DNA of 64,000 bases from Candidatus Bathyarchaeota archaeon (GTDB lineage: Archaea > Thermoproteota > Bathyarchaeia > TCS64): NCBI GenBank assembly GCA_043826455.1, contig JBDRQD010000006.1, positions 1 to 64,000 on the forward strand, in the 5' to 3' direction. Below the pieces are notes generated by a model. The model was not told the DNA's origin and made no database searches. It saw only the letters and a list, made by a program, of their open reading frames with translations. Position numbers and translations under genes: made by a program. Position 1 is the first letter of the stretch, and every line of letters starts with the position of its first letter. Positions 10,149-18,465 of the stretch are shown piece by piece.

Positions 10149-10451
10149 TCAAGTGAATCTGCGTCTCGCCACCCAGTACGCCGAGAAGGCTATGACGAGA
10201 TCTATTGCCCACCACTTGTACAGGTCGAACAGACTCATGAAGCCGTGATCCTGCAGGGCGCCTAGTTCACCCTCCTCTGTCCCGGAGGCGAGCAAGGGGC
10301 CCCCTGACTCCTCTGGAGCTTCACCTGCCCTGAGCATCTCCTGGGGCCCGGCCAACATGGATACCTGCTCGGGCACCGTGGATACGAGGAAGTACCCCAC
10401 GGCCACAGCGGCCACCATGTAGGCCATGATCTTAGCGTTCATCGAGTACAC
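10149..10451 (-). CDS. Hypothetical membrane protein (2 TM)
   Basis: Two hydrophobic segments; co-oriented with upstream genes. Confidence 0.6.
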   Translation of the reverse strand: MYSMNAKIMAYMVAAVAVGYFLVSTVPEQVSMLAGPQEMLRAGEAPEESGGPLLASGTEEGELGALQDHGFMSLFDLYKWWAIDLVIAFSAYWVARRRFT

Positions 10452-10532
10452 CTCCGGCGCCCCGTGACTTAATCCTAGAGATTAGAACACGGCGAGCACC
10501 ACACAGGACTGCGTGTTCTGGTATTAGAACAG

Positions 10533-10973
10533 TCAACGCGGCCGATCCCTCCATATCCTGATGGTCTCATACCACAGGATGACCGCAGGAACCAGGCCCA
10601 TGACCAGGGTGGTGATGGCCTCAGGGGACGGGTAGAAGGGCCTCTGGATGAGGTACGTCAGTATCATGGTAGTCATGAGGACCGCGTAGAAAAGGTAGCG
10701 AGGCAGCATGACGCCTCCGAAGGTGACGAACTGGCGTAGCACCCCCACCTTCACCTCCTTCACCACCCGGTAGTCCCCGTAGACGTTCTCGATGAGGCCC
10801 AGGTCCTGGAGCTTGGTGAGGTGGTAGCTGCTGACGCTGGGGCTGCTGAAGCCCAACTCTCGTTGTATCTCCCGCACCCCGACGGCGTCAGACGGGTTCT
10901 TGAGCATCTGCATGTAGACTAGAAGCGTCTTGCCTTTGAGCTCAGACTCGATGACGGCGTCCTCACTTGCCAC
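10533..10973 (-). CDS. wHTH protein with C-terminal TM helices
   Basis: GVREIQRELGFSSPSVSSYHL.KL..LGLI wHTH followed by two TM segments. Confidence 0.8.
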   Translation of the reverse strand: MASEDAVIESELKGKTLLVYMQMLKNPSDAVGVREIQRELGFSSPSVSSYHLTKLQDLGLIENVYGDYRVVKEVKVGVLRQFVTFGGVMLPRYLFYAVLMTTMILTYLIQRPFYPSPEAITTLVMGLVPAVILWYETIRIWRDRPR

Positions 10974-11008
10974 TTCTCAGCCACCCTTGTTTCATCTAAT
11001 TTGTCTGC

Positions 11009-11848
11009 TCAATCTTTAAAGGTATTCAAGATGGCGAGGCTGGCGTGGATGGCTTCCTCGGTGCGGACGGTCTGGGTGCCCTGGGCGGGCACGGTGTTCA
11101 CTATGTACTGGAAGCACTCCTCGGCTCGACGCCCCTCGTGTCCCACGATCTCGTGGATCCCCTCCTTGTAGGAGCCGAAGGCGACCAGGGTCCGCCTGCT
11201 GTTCAGCCACCGCTCCTCCAGGGCGTCTCTGCAGACGGTTATCTCGGTGCCAAGCCTCGAGGTGGCTACTGTTAGGTCCCACTCAGGGCTGAGGGCCAGC
11301 TCCCCGAGCCTGACCCTGCTTCCTCTCAGATCGTATCCCCAGTACTCGTCGAGCTGGCTCTTCTTGACGGGGCGCCCCAGGAGTTGAGGGTCCTTATCTG
11401 TCACCTTCACCGTTATCCTGCTGCCCCTGCTGGGCCCCCTGCCTTTGACCGTCAGCGGCTTGTCTACCCCGATGTCCACGGTGAGGCTGCCCTCAGCCAC
11501 CTCTGTGACGACGCCGTCCCTCACATCACCCACCTGAAGTTTGTCGGCGGCGTCCTCTGTGGGGTGGTGGAGTGTTCTCAGGGGCGGAAGGGTGCCGGCG
11601 TACCTGAGCTCGGGTCTCCTTTTGAACAGGTGCTTGCGCAGGTACTGGGGGGTCTCCATGTAGCCTAGTATGTACTTCATGAGGAGGGACTCGTCCGGCC
11701 TGTCAGGGTATACTATTATCTCGTCTACGCGGTATATGGCGGCGGCTCTCCCCACCTGAGCCAGTATGACTGTCTTGTCCCTGAGGTCGCTGTACTCCGC
11801 GACTATGGATGCGGGGATGGCCACCGATAGGCTGTTTCTTCTCCTCAA
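11009..11848 (-). CDS. SPOUT-family RNA methyltransferase (MTH1/DUF171, SPOUT1-like)
   Basis: LSVAIPAS, ETPQYLRK, LPPL...HH, QGTQTVRTEEA knot motif. Confidence 0.9.
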   Translation of the reverse strand: MRRRNSLSVAIPASIVAEYSDLRDKTVILAQVGRAAAIYRVDEIIVYPDRPDESLLMKYILGYMETPQYLRKHLFKRRPELRYAGTLPPLRTLHHPTEDAADKLQVGDVRDGVVTEVAEGSLTVDIGVDKPLTVKGRGPSRGSRITVKVTDKDPQLLGRPVKKSQLDEYWGYDLRGSRVRLGELALSPEWDLTVATSRLGTEITVCRDALEERWLNSRRTLVAFGSYKEGIHEIVGHEGRRAEECFQYIVNTVPAQGTQTVRTEEAIHASLAILNTFKD

Positions 11849-12345
11849 CTATGCATCTCCTCTCTGTACTTTCTCCAGCTGCTCCAGCCCGTCTTCACGT
11901 ACCTTTCTCTGCCTTCGGGGTCCTCCTTGACCCATTCAAGGAAGCCGTTGAAGCTTCTCATGGAGGCTATCTTCTTCTGTTTTCCTATCCCCATGTCGGC
12001 TAGGCTCTTTATGAACTCGGCCTCGGCGAGCTCCTGGGTCGCCCCAGTTATCTTCACCTCGCGGACCTTGTAGCCGAGCTCCTCCAGGGTCTCTCTGGCT
12101 GACGAGAAGATGAACCCTGTGCACACGTGTAGTTCTTCGCTTGTGGAGGCCTCAAGGATATCCAGGCCTTCCAGGATTACCTGTGTGGCCGCTCTGACGT
12201 ACTCCTGATACTTGAATTGGGCGTCGCGGAAGTACTCTACAGGTATCAGGCCCACATGGTTTTCACCTGTCTCCACGCGCCTCATCACTATGACTACTCC
12301 GCCTACTAGGTCGCCCCAGCCGGAGTCGTCTACCTCAATCACCAT
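11845..12345 (-). CDS. RNase H-like fold protein (short, RNase HII-like N-terminal motif)
   Basis: IEVDDSGWGDLVGGVVI resembles the RNase HII GxDEAGRG..GP.VV strand-loop. Confidence 0.5.
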   Translation of the reverse strand: MVIEVDDSGWGDLVGGVVIVMRRVETGENHVGLIPVEYFRDAQFKYQEYVRAATQVILEGLDILEASTSEELHVCTGFIFSSARETLEELGYKVREVKITGATQELAEAEFIKSLADMGIGKQKKIASMRSFNGFLEWVKEDPEGRERYVKTGWSSWRKYREEMHS

Positions 12346-12418
12346 GTGTGTTCCTCGACTGATTACGTCTCAACAATTACCTGTTGAAACGTTTATATTC
12401 ATTGATAGTGGCTTCGCA

Positions 12419-13474
12419 TTAAACTTGTTTAAGGGATTCTATCGACTCGGTTGAGCTGGGGTCTCTCCCGTAGAGGACGGCAAGGTAGGCGCTGGCGTAG
12501 TCCCCGATGTATAGGGCGCTGAGGATGCGGGCGAGCTTCCCCTGCCCCACTGCCTCCACCTCGATGACTCTTCCGAAGGACTCGGAGACAAGCTTGGTGA
12601 ACATGTACACCTTAGGCGATAAAGGCCCCTCCTGGGGGTCTCTGATGATCACGGCGCAGCACTGAGCCAGGAGGTCCCTTGGGGCCTCCCGCGCCATGAC
12701 GCTGTTGTGGAAAGCCTCCGGGATGAAGTTGTGGGCTGCTGGACTCTTGGAGTTCTCGTTGAACTGAGTGGTATACCTGTACGCCACCGCCTCATGGATC
12801 TCTCCTCCGAAGACAAAAGGGATGTAGCCCTTGAGGCTCTCCGCGAGCCGCTTCGCCGGGTTGAAGGCGCTGGGCGTGCCTGGATCCATCTCGCGGCTAA
12901 GCCCGTCCAAGACCTTGAGGGCCTCCGCGACCTGACCCCAGGTCTCGTCGTCTACGAGGCCCAGTCTTCTGGATACGGTAGCTAAGCCGAAGAACTGGTG
13001 GGCTATGGCTGCGCGGGGCTGGAAGCCTTTAGGGTACCTGAGGCGAGGTATCTTCCGGAGGCTGGCGCTCTGGCTCAGCTTGCCCCCTGAGCAGAAGCAT
13101 ACCAGGGGGCAGCCCCGGTCCAGGGCTTCCTGGTACTGGCTCAGGGTCTCCTCGGTGTTGCCCGAGTAGCTGACGCAGTAGACCAGGGTGTTCTCGTCGA
13201 CCCAGGCGGGCAGGTGGTACCCTCTCGAGACCTGGATGGGGACAGTGGACCTGTCCATGAGCCAGTCTCTTAGGATGAGGCCTCCGACGGCTGAGCCCCC
13301 CATCCCGGCTATGAGTAGGCCTTTGATTTTGCTTGCTTCGAGTTTGGCTAGGTTGAGTTTCTCGGCGTCTTTGATGGCTTTTCTTGCGTTTTGGGGGAAC
13401 CTGGCTATGGCTTGGAGCATGTTGCTTGGGTCGTGGGTTTGTAGGTGTTGGGGGTCGTTGAGGCCTGGGGTCAT
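12419..13474 (-). CDS. Bifunctional phosphoglucose/phosphomannose isomerase
   Basis: AGMGGS, SYSGNTEET, QPRAA, NENSK, PE..HN motifs. Confidence 0.93.
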   Translation of the reverse strand: MTPGLNDPQHLQTHDPSNMLQAIARFPQNARKAIKDAEKLNLAKLEASKIKGLLIAGMGGSAVGGLILRDWLMDRSTVPIQVSRGYHLPAWVDENTLVYCVSYSGNTEETLSQYQEALDRGCPLVCFCSGGKLSQSASLRKIPRLRYPKGFQPRAAIAHQFFGLATVSRRLGLVDDETWGQVAEALKVLDGLSREMDPGTPSAFNPAKRLAESLKGYIPFVFGGEIHEAVAYRYTTQFNENSKSPAAHNFIPEAFHNSVMAREAPRDLLAQCCAVIIRDPQEGPLSPKVYMFTKLVSESFGRVIEVEAVGQGKLARILSALYIGDYASAYLAVLYGRDPSSTESIESLKQV

Positions 13475-13608
13475 GGTATGTAGTTGGGTTGGTGGGTTAA
13501 AATTATGTGTGGTGCATCGGGCTGTGTGGCTCGACTTTATTGTGTGGTTTGTTGCAGGCGGCTGGTAATTCTAGGTATGTGGCGTGTCCTTTGTGGCTGC
13601 GGGCTACT

Positions 13609-13657
13609 GGTTTTGTACCTAGTGGCTGGGAATTTTACGAATTAGGGGGTTAATGAC
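13609..13657 (+). repeat. Dispersed intergenic repeat, copy 2 (related copies at 1-38 minus and 21951-22010 plus)
   Basis: 13612-13632 matches the reverse complement of 2-22 at 20/21 nt; 13638-13657 matches 21991-22010 at 18/20 nt. Confidence 0.7.
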
Positions 13658-13918
13658 TACGGCTTGGAATGCGTGAGTTTTTTTAAATCGTCCGCTTACA
13701 ATCGAAGATGGGGAAAGTGATCTTCCGGACTGTGTAGTAAAATCCTTTCCTGTAGCCGACCTGAACTACAGGACATGAACGGATTGATCGACTTAGTTTC
13801 CTAGAACGCATTTAAAACAGCTGGAGAACTTGTTAAACCCAATTATGTTATTCGAAATTTCATATAATGTAACCACGTAGTCGTTGCATTAAAAACGCGT
13901 ATATAATAATAAAAAAAA

Positions 13919-14977
13919 TTAGGTTTCTAGTGGGTTTGGTGCTCCTATGTATTGTTTTACAGGGTTTTCACTCGGGGGATCTAGATGTTTGGCTAAAAAC
14001 TCATAGATCTCTCCGCGTACTCCTTTTGAGAACCTGGTGTCTAGCCTGCTGAACCCGTGTGCGCCTGGAGTGGGCGGGTATATCTTGTACTCGAAGTCCC
14101 ATTTTTTAAACTTCAGCGATTTTATCAGGTGTTCTACTTCCAGTACATTAACATCTTGGTCATTCTCTGTGGAGTGGACAAGAAGAGGAGGGTGTACGTT
14201 TGGTTGGTACTCTGGGACGTTCCAAGCTGGTGATCTCCTTTTATAGTTAGAATAGTCATCGTTTCCACTCTTCCCGATGTGGTACTCTGCTTCGAACAGG
14301 TCTCTGTAACTTTGCGACTTGTACCCCATCCTGGCTACAACGTCACTCACAGGTACTGACGCGTGAGCCGCCTGGTAATCCGTTGGGTGATTGAATATAT
14401 TGAACAAGGTATGCATTCCGCCGTGGCTCCACCCCATGATACCCACTCTTTCAGAGTCAACGCAGTCATAGTTTTCAACCATGAACTTCTTGGACTCGTA
14501 GGTATCCTCGGACTCTAACCCACCGTAGTCAATTAACTCGTAGAACTCTTTACCGTACCCAGTGCTACCACGGTACTCCGGCGCCACCACAACGTATCCT
14601 TGTGCTACAAGTTCTCCGACTACGTTTGAAGCCATCGAGTTAAAGTTAGAGTGTACTCCTCCGTGAGGTAGTACGATAAGCGGGCTTTTTTCTCCCTTCT
14701 TTAGATTTCTAGGTATGAATGTATACGCAGAAAACGTTACTCGGTTGCCAGCTCCTTGAGCCGTTGGATTAAGCTGGTACTGAGAAGGCGGGCCCGTTAA
14801 TGTAACCTTGTCGATGTACGCAAGGCCGCCGACTTTGTGGTACCATAGAACGTCGTCCACCATCATCTGAGTGGCCGAATGCATGTGGGCTAATGGCCCA
14901 TACTCCATCCCATTAATTACCAGCTTCTTCAATACGGTTTCAGCTATTTTTTGGATTTCTTCATCTGTTAACAACAT
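13919..14977 (-). CDS. S9 family (prolyl oligopeptidase/acylaminoacyl peptidase-like) serine peptidase
   Basis: PHGG, YRGSTGYG, GWSHGG nucleophile, ENDQDV, GAHGF; ATG at 14977 preceded by GGAGG. Confidence 0.9.
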   Translation of the reverse strand: MLLTDEEIQKIAETVLKKLVINGMEYGPLAHMHSATQMMVDDVLWYHKVGGLAYIDKVTLTGPPSQYQLNPTAQGAGNRVTFSAYTFIPRNLKKGEKSPLIVLPHGGVHSNFNSMASNVVGELVAQGYVVVAPEYRGSTGYGKEFYELIDYGGLESEDTYESKKFMVENYDCVDSERVGIMGWSHGGMHTLFNIFNHPTDYQAAHASVPVSDVVARMGYKSQSYRDLFEAEYHIGKSGNDDYSNYKRRSPAWNVPEYQPNVHPPLLVHSTENDQDVNVLEVEHLIKSLKFKKWDFEYKIYPPTPGAHGFSRLDTRFSKGVRGEIYEFLAKHLDPPSENPVKQYIGAPNPLET

Positions 14978-15103
14978 GATTCCTCCACCATTACATTCCC
15001 TCAAATTGGCGGGTAGACAACCCAAAGAAAGCGAGGCTGTGGCAGATCAGATATTTGGTTTCTTTGGGGAAAGGAGACTTGGCTTTCACTTTAGTTTATC
15101 CAC

Positions 15104-15202
15104 CATTCGCCTTGAAGGCTATCCCCCCGTCGTGGGGTTAAGTGCGTTCCAGCGTAACCAGCCTCTGGGTACGTTTCTGACAATCCCTCAGCACGAGTTA
15201 AG
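15104..15202 (-). ncRNA. Candidate structured cis-regulatory RNA leader, copy B (upstream of the S9 peptidase)
   Basis: Shares the CCCC-ACGAC-GGGG hairpin, GYGC/GCRC helix, CNG/CNG-GAA helix and terminal GAAUG with copy A, with compensatory changes. Confidence 0.6.
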
Positions 15203-15244
15203 CATGTTATAGGAATGCCTCCTTTAAAAAAAATGGGAATTATC

Positions 15245-15880
15245 CTACATAGGGATAATTTTCAGAACCTGAAGCAGATACTCGATTCTGCCTGAGAGCA
15301 TGGACATCCTGAATAGCACGGTGTTGCCGAACATTACGCCTAGACCAATCATGACGATGAGTCGGCCCAGTCTCGCTGTTGGAGCGAGCACCCCCTTATG
15401 TTCTCTTGTGAACAGGAAGTAGGATAAAGCGCATATTGTGCCGACGCCAACGTAGACGAAGTTAAACCAATCCATCATAGTTGCGCCCGATGGCGCAGTA
15501 ATGGTGGAGTTAATCTGGTTGATGATATTGGGGATCAAGGTGCCGCTTGTCACAACACCTAACATTACGCCTACAAGTGTAGCGATAGAGTACCTTGATA
15601 TCCATCTATACTTTTCTACGAAGACGGTGTACATACCCAGTCCAAGAAGTATCGGTATGACGAACACGTATTGTCCATTCAGTAATGGGGTAATCGCGAT
15701 CCTGTTCGTGTTCTGAACCGCGACGATCGCTGTTATGGCAAAGGCGATGCCGATGTAGATGTGTTCAGCCAACCTGTAAAGCGGGTTCTCTTTGTAGAGC
15801 ATGTAGCTGTAGATGGCTACGGTGAGAACCGCACCCACCCATAACCCCAGCAAGCCCCATAGCTCAGTTGGATACGCCAT
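15245..15880 (-). CDS. Uncharacterised multi-pass membrane protein (gene 4 of the membrane module)
   Basis: About 6 TM; KENPLYRLAEHIYIG and MIGLGVMFGNTV..R motifs. Confidence 0.85.
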   Translation of the reverse strand: MAYPTELWGLLGLWVGAVLTVAIYSYMLYKENPLYRLAEHIYIGIAFAITAIVAVQNTNRIAITPLLNGQYVFVIPILLGLGMYTVFVEKYRWISRYSIATLVGVMLGVVTSGTLIPNIINQINSTITAPSGATMMDWFNFVYVGVGTICALSYFLFTREHKGVLAPTARLGRLIVMIGLGVMFGNTVLFRMSMLSGRIEYLLQVLKIIPM

Positions 15881-15881
15881 T

Positions 15882-16709
15882 TCAGTTTCCTCCTTTAATT
15901 TTATTGTATATTATTGGCAAGTTAGCTAGGACAATCAGTATTACGAAGAGTAGATGAGTGGAACTGATAGCGTCCATTGTTGTTGTGGCTGCAGCAGGCA
16001 TGTCAGCAAGTTTCTCTAGCTCCGCTGCTCCCCTCACGCCTACTGCTAAACCGAAGATGTCTCCGCTAGCGAGGTAAGGTGCAAGAGCTGAGCCTTTCAT
16101 TGCGATACCCATACCAGCAACAGGTATCCCATAGGGCTCTCCCCACTGCTGGATCCACTTCACTTCTCCCTCCGCTGTGAATAAGACCATAGCATAGTCT
16201 GTGGCGCGGTTTGCTTCACGCATCAAGGGTAGATCATTGATAGGGGTCCCGAAGTGGTCGGCTGGGAATATGGAGCTCATGTCAACCGCCATTTGTGATG
16301 CAGCAGCATCTTCTCCAGCGTAGTAACCTAGGAAAACCACGTCTGTGCCGTATTCCAGTGTTTGAAGCTTTGGAACCAGTTCATTTAAACGGTCCCAGGA
16401 CCTGGCGACGTCAATACTGTTACCTAGGTAGACAAGCTTTGCGCCTCTGTCGATGAGTGTGTTTGTCTCTACGACAAGCCCACCCATGCACTCAGCCCAC
16501 GTGCTTACGCTCATGAAGATGTCAATGAGTACAATGTCGCCGTCTTGAACTGACAGCAGGCCATCATATAGTGCCCTTGAGGAGGGCTTAACGGTGATTG
16601 GCAGTCCTATGGGGGTAATCAGAGGCCAGGCTATGACGATGACTATCAGCCAGTAGTAGACTCTTCTGTCAAGTTTGTCAAGTCTATCAAATATGGTTTG
16701 ATTAGCCAT
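15882..16709 (-). CDS. Uncharacterised membrane protein with central alpha/beta domain (gene 3)
   Basis: N- and C-terminal TM; LGYYAG, PYL.SG...G...G..GAAE.E motifs; tightly coupled to neighbours. Confidence 0.85.
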   Translation of the reverse strand: MANQTIFDRLDKLDRRVYYWLIVIVIAWPLITPIGLPITVKPSSRALYDGLLSVQDGDIVLIDIFMSVSTWAECMGGLVVETNTLIDRGAKLVYLGNSIDVARSWDRLNELVPKLQTLEYGTDVVFLGYYAGEDAAASQMAVDMSSIFPADHFGTPINDLPLMREANRATDYAMVLFTAEGEVKWIQQWGEPYGIPVAGMGIAMKGSALAPYLASGDIFGLAVGVRGAAELEKLADMPAAATTTMDAISSTHLLFVILIVLANLPIIYNKIKGGN

Positions 16710-17339
16710 CTATTCACCTCCGCCGAAGAATCCTCTCTCGTTACCGGTGATTACTCTGTAGGCGTACACGATTGTCCCGAGACCTGCGATCAACATTAGA
16801 ACCCTGTATCCAGGTAGTTGGCCTGGACCTAGGAGCCAGTCACCTATCACGGGGAATCCTGACCAGATTACCTCTCCGATAGGAGCATTGGTAAAGACAA
16901 CTATGCACCCAGCTATGAGTAGTAGAGCTGCATCAATGTTTCTGGCTCTGAAGGCTCGGTAGGCTGAGGATACAATGAAGAAACCGGTGCTCGCGTACAT
17001 GGTTTGCTCTAAAGTAGTGTATACGTTTCTGAATGCCCACTGGTACTGGGCTCCATTGGTGTTGATTAATCCCAGTATGAAAACTGTCACGAATGTTACT
17101 ATAGTCACTATGCTGTACAGCCATCTTCCTTCTGCTCTTTTCAGCACAGTTTTCCCATGTATCCTTAACAGGCTGATGACGCCTAATCCTAGAGCGATGT
17201 TTGAGATTACTACAGCGAACTGTCTGAGGACCTCAGCTATAGATCCTATACCAGCGATCGCAAAGAAATAGTCGGCAATAATTATAGCGAATACTAAGAT
17301 AGGTATGTATTTGAAAGCTGTTGATTTAATAAACGACAT
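16710..17339 (-). CDS. Uncharacterised multi-pass membrane protein (gene 2)
   Basis: About 5-6 TM; FFIVSSAYRAFRARN motif. Confidence 0.85.
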   Translation of the reverse strand: MSFIKSTAFKYIPILVFAIIIADYFFAIAGIGSIAEVLRQFAVVISNIALGLGVISLLRIHGKTVLKRAEGRWLYSIVTIVTFVTVFILGLINTNGAQYQWAFRNVYTTLEQTMYASTGFFIVSSAYRAFRARNIDAALLLIAGCIVVFTNAPIGEVIWSGFPVIGDWLLGPGQLPGYRVLMLIAGLGTIVYAYRVITGNERGFFGGGE

Positions 17340-17343
17340 AGTA

Positions 17344-18123
17344 TCACAACCTCAGTAGATCTACAAGGAACTTGATGCCAGTAGGAGCGAGAATCATGCC
17401 CAAGATCATTATCCCAAGGGACACTAACTTGATTACATCTTCAGCAGCTATAGGCCCCACAGCTCCTGCGTCGCCTGATACTGCTGCTGCGGCAGCGAAA
17501 AGCTCCTCCATTATTAAAGTATAGTCTGTGCTAGCAACGAGAAAGGGTATCTGGTATAGGTTGACTGTTCCACTTATCTGCATGGCGCCCACATGGTTAC
17601 CTGCTTCTGAGAGTACCACAGACTCGTATGCAAGGTAGCCTATCAGGCATGCAGCGGCTGGGTTCTCTCTCTGAACTGCACCAATATATCGAGACACCAG
17701 TGAGCTCTGGTTCGCGATTAGTTCAATGTCATCGTCATTGTACTCCTCGCCTTTTCCTTCAACAGCATAAGCGTTTCTGATTGTTTCCTGGATAAGAGGC
17801 ATGGCGTCAATTGTAACAGTGAACAGTCTGAGCTTAACGCCTGCTTTGGCCGCGAAACGGGCTAAGCGTCCTAGGACTGTGATGCCTGCTAGAATGTATG
17901 CTCCACTCGAGAGGCTTAGTGATGACCCGATACCAGGCATGTAGAAGATGGGTCTACCCATCTCGGCGCATCGGCCAACAGCCTCAGGTAAAGCCTCCAA
18001 GGCCGCCAAGCTTCGAATTTTATAGACCTTGCCTTGCTCCATCATTCTGGTGAACAGGTAGTATAGGACAAACGAGCCAAATAGTAAAACGAAGGCAACG
18101 ATCCGTCCGTCTTTAAGTAACAT
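17344..18123 (-). CDS. DUF6754-like membrane protein (gene 1)
   Basis: IRSLAALEAL.EAVGR.AEMGRP, ESVVL.EAG..VGAMQI.GT..Q.PF..A.DY.LI.EELFAA; family name from recall, not a search. Confidence 0.75.
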   Translation of the reverse strand: MLLKDGRIVAFVLLFGSFVLYYLFTRMMEQGKVYKIRSLAALEALPEAVGRCAEMGRPIFYMPGIGSSLSLSSGAYILAGITVLGRLARFAAKAGVKLRLFTVTIDAMPLIQETIRNAYAVEGKGEEYNDDDIELIANQSSLVSRYIGAVQRENPAAACLIGYLAYESVVLSEAGNHVGAMQISGTVNLYQIPFLVASTDYTLIMEELFAAAAAVSGDAGAVGPIAAEDVIKLVSLGIMILGMILAPTGIKFLVDLLRL

Positions 18124-18143
18124 CTTGTTCTTTTTCCATTTTG

Positions 18144-18262
18144 CATTCCCTGTTGATGGACAACAGGGCGTTCACCCCGTCGTGGGGCATAGCGCTTTCC
18201 GTCGTTCCCAGACAGGTTGTACTGCCGGGAAACTCACTCGGTGTAACCCTGCGCGGGCTATG
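18144..18262 (-). ncRNA. Candidate structured cis-regulatory RNA leader, copy A (upstream of the membrane module)
   Basis: Multi-stem 5' leader ending about 20 nt before the ATG; same motif order as copy B; G-U pairs form only on the minus (sense) strand. Confidence 0.6.
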
Positions 18263-18331
18263 TAAACCAGGGTTTACATTTTGATCTAGCATTAGATCAT
18301 ACAGTATGTTCATTATTTACTGATTTATAAT
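18260..18331 (-). promoter_or_regulatory. Putative TATA box (TTATAAA, 18330-18324) and two palindromes (18260-18279, 18282-18299)
   Basis: ATGTAAACC-ag-GGTTTACAT and TGATCTA-gcat-TAGATCA inverted repeats in the divergent AT-rich intergenic region. Confidence 0.45.
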
Positions 18332-18465
18332 TTGTCATAATTCCACGATTTTTAATAAATTATTAAAATATATTAGTAAACATCAGTTTTTTCGGGTATG
18401 AACGGTTAAAAGATAATTGTTTTTAGACCTCCATGTAACCCTCCTTAATAGGAGGCGATTGATTT

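Noticed and set aside
15104..15140. HDV-like ribozyme (minus-strand GGCGAAUGG resembles J4/2)
   Set aside because: No P1/P3/P1.1 nested pseudoknot can be built, and copy A lacks the equivalent catalytic C.
18144..18262. Known riboswitch assignments (cobalamin AACAGGGAA, lysine AGCGCUAU, ykkC AGGGUU..CCGAG, guanidine-II ACGA)
   Set aside because: Only isolated short words match; the other required elements are missing and most of the words are not shared by copy B.
18113..18313. 66-aa leader peptide ORF over RNA motif A
   Set aside because: It starts upstream of the inferred transcription start, has no equivalent in copy B and shows no regulatory codon run; the RNA structure explains the region better.
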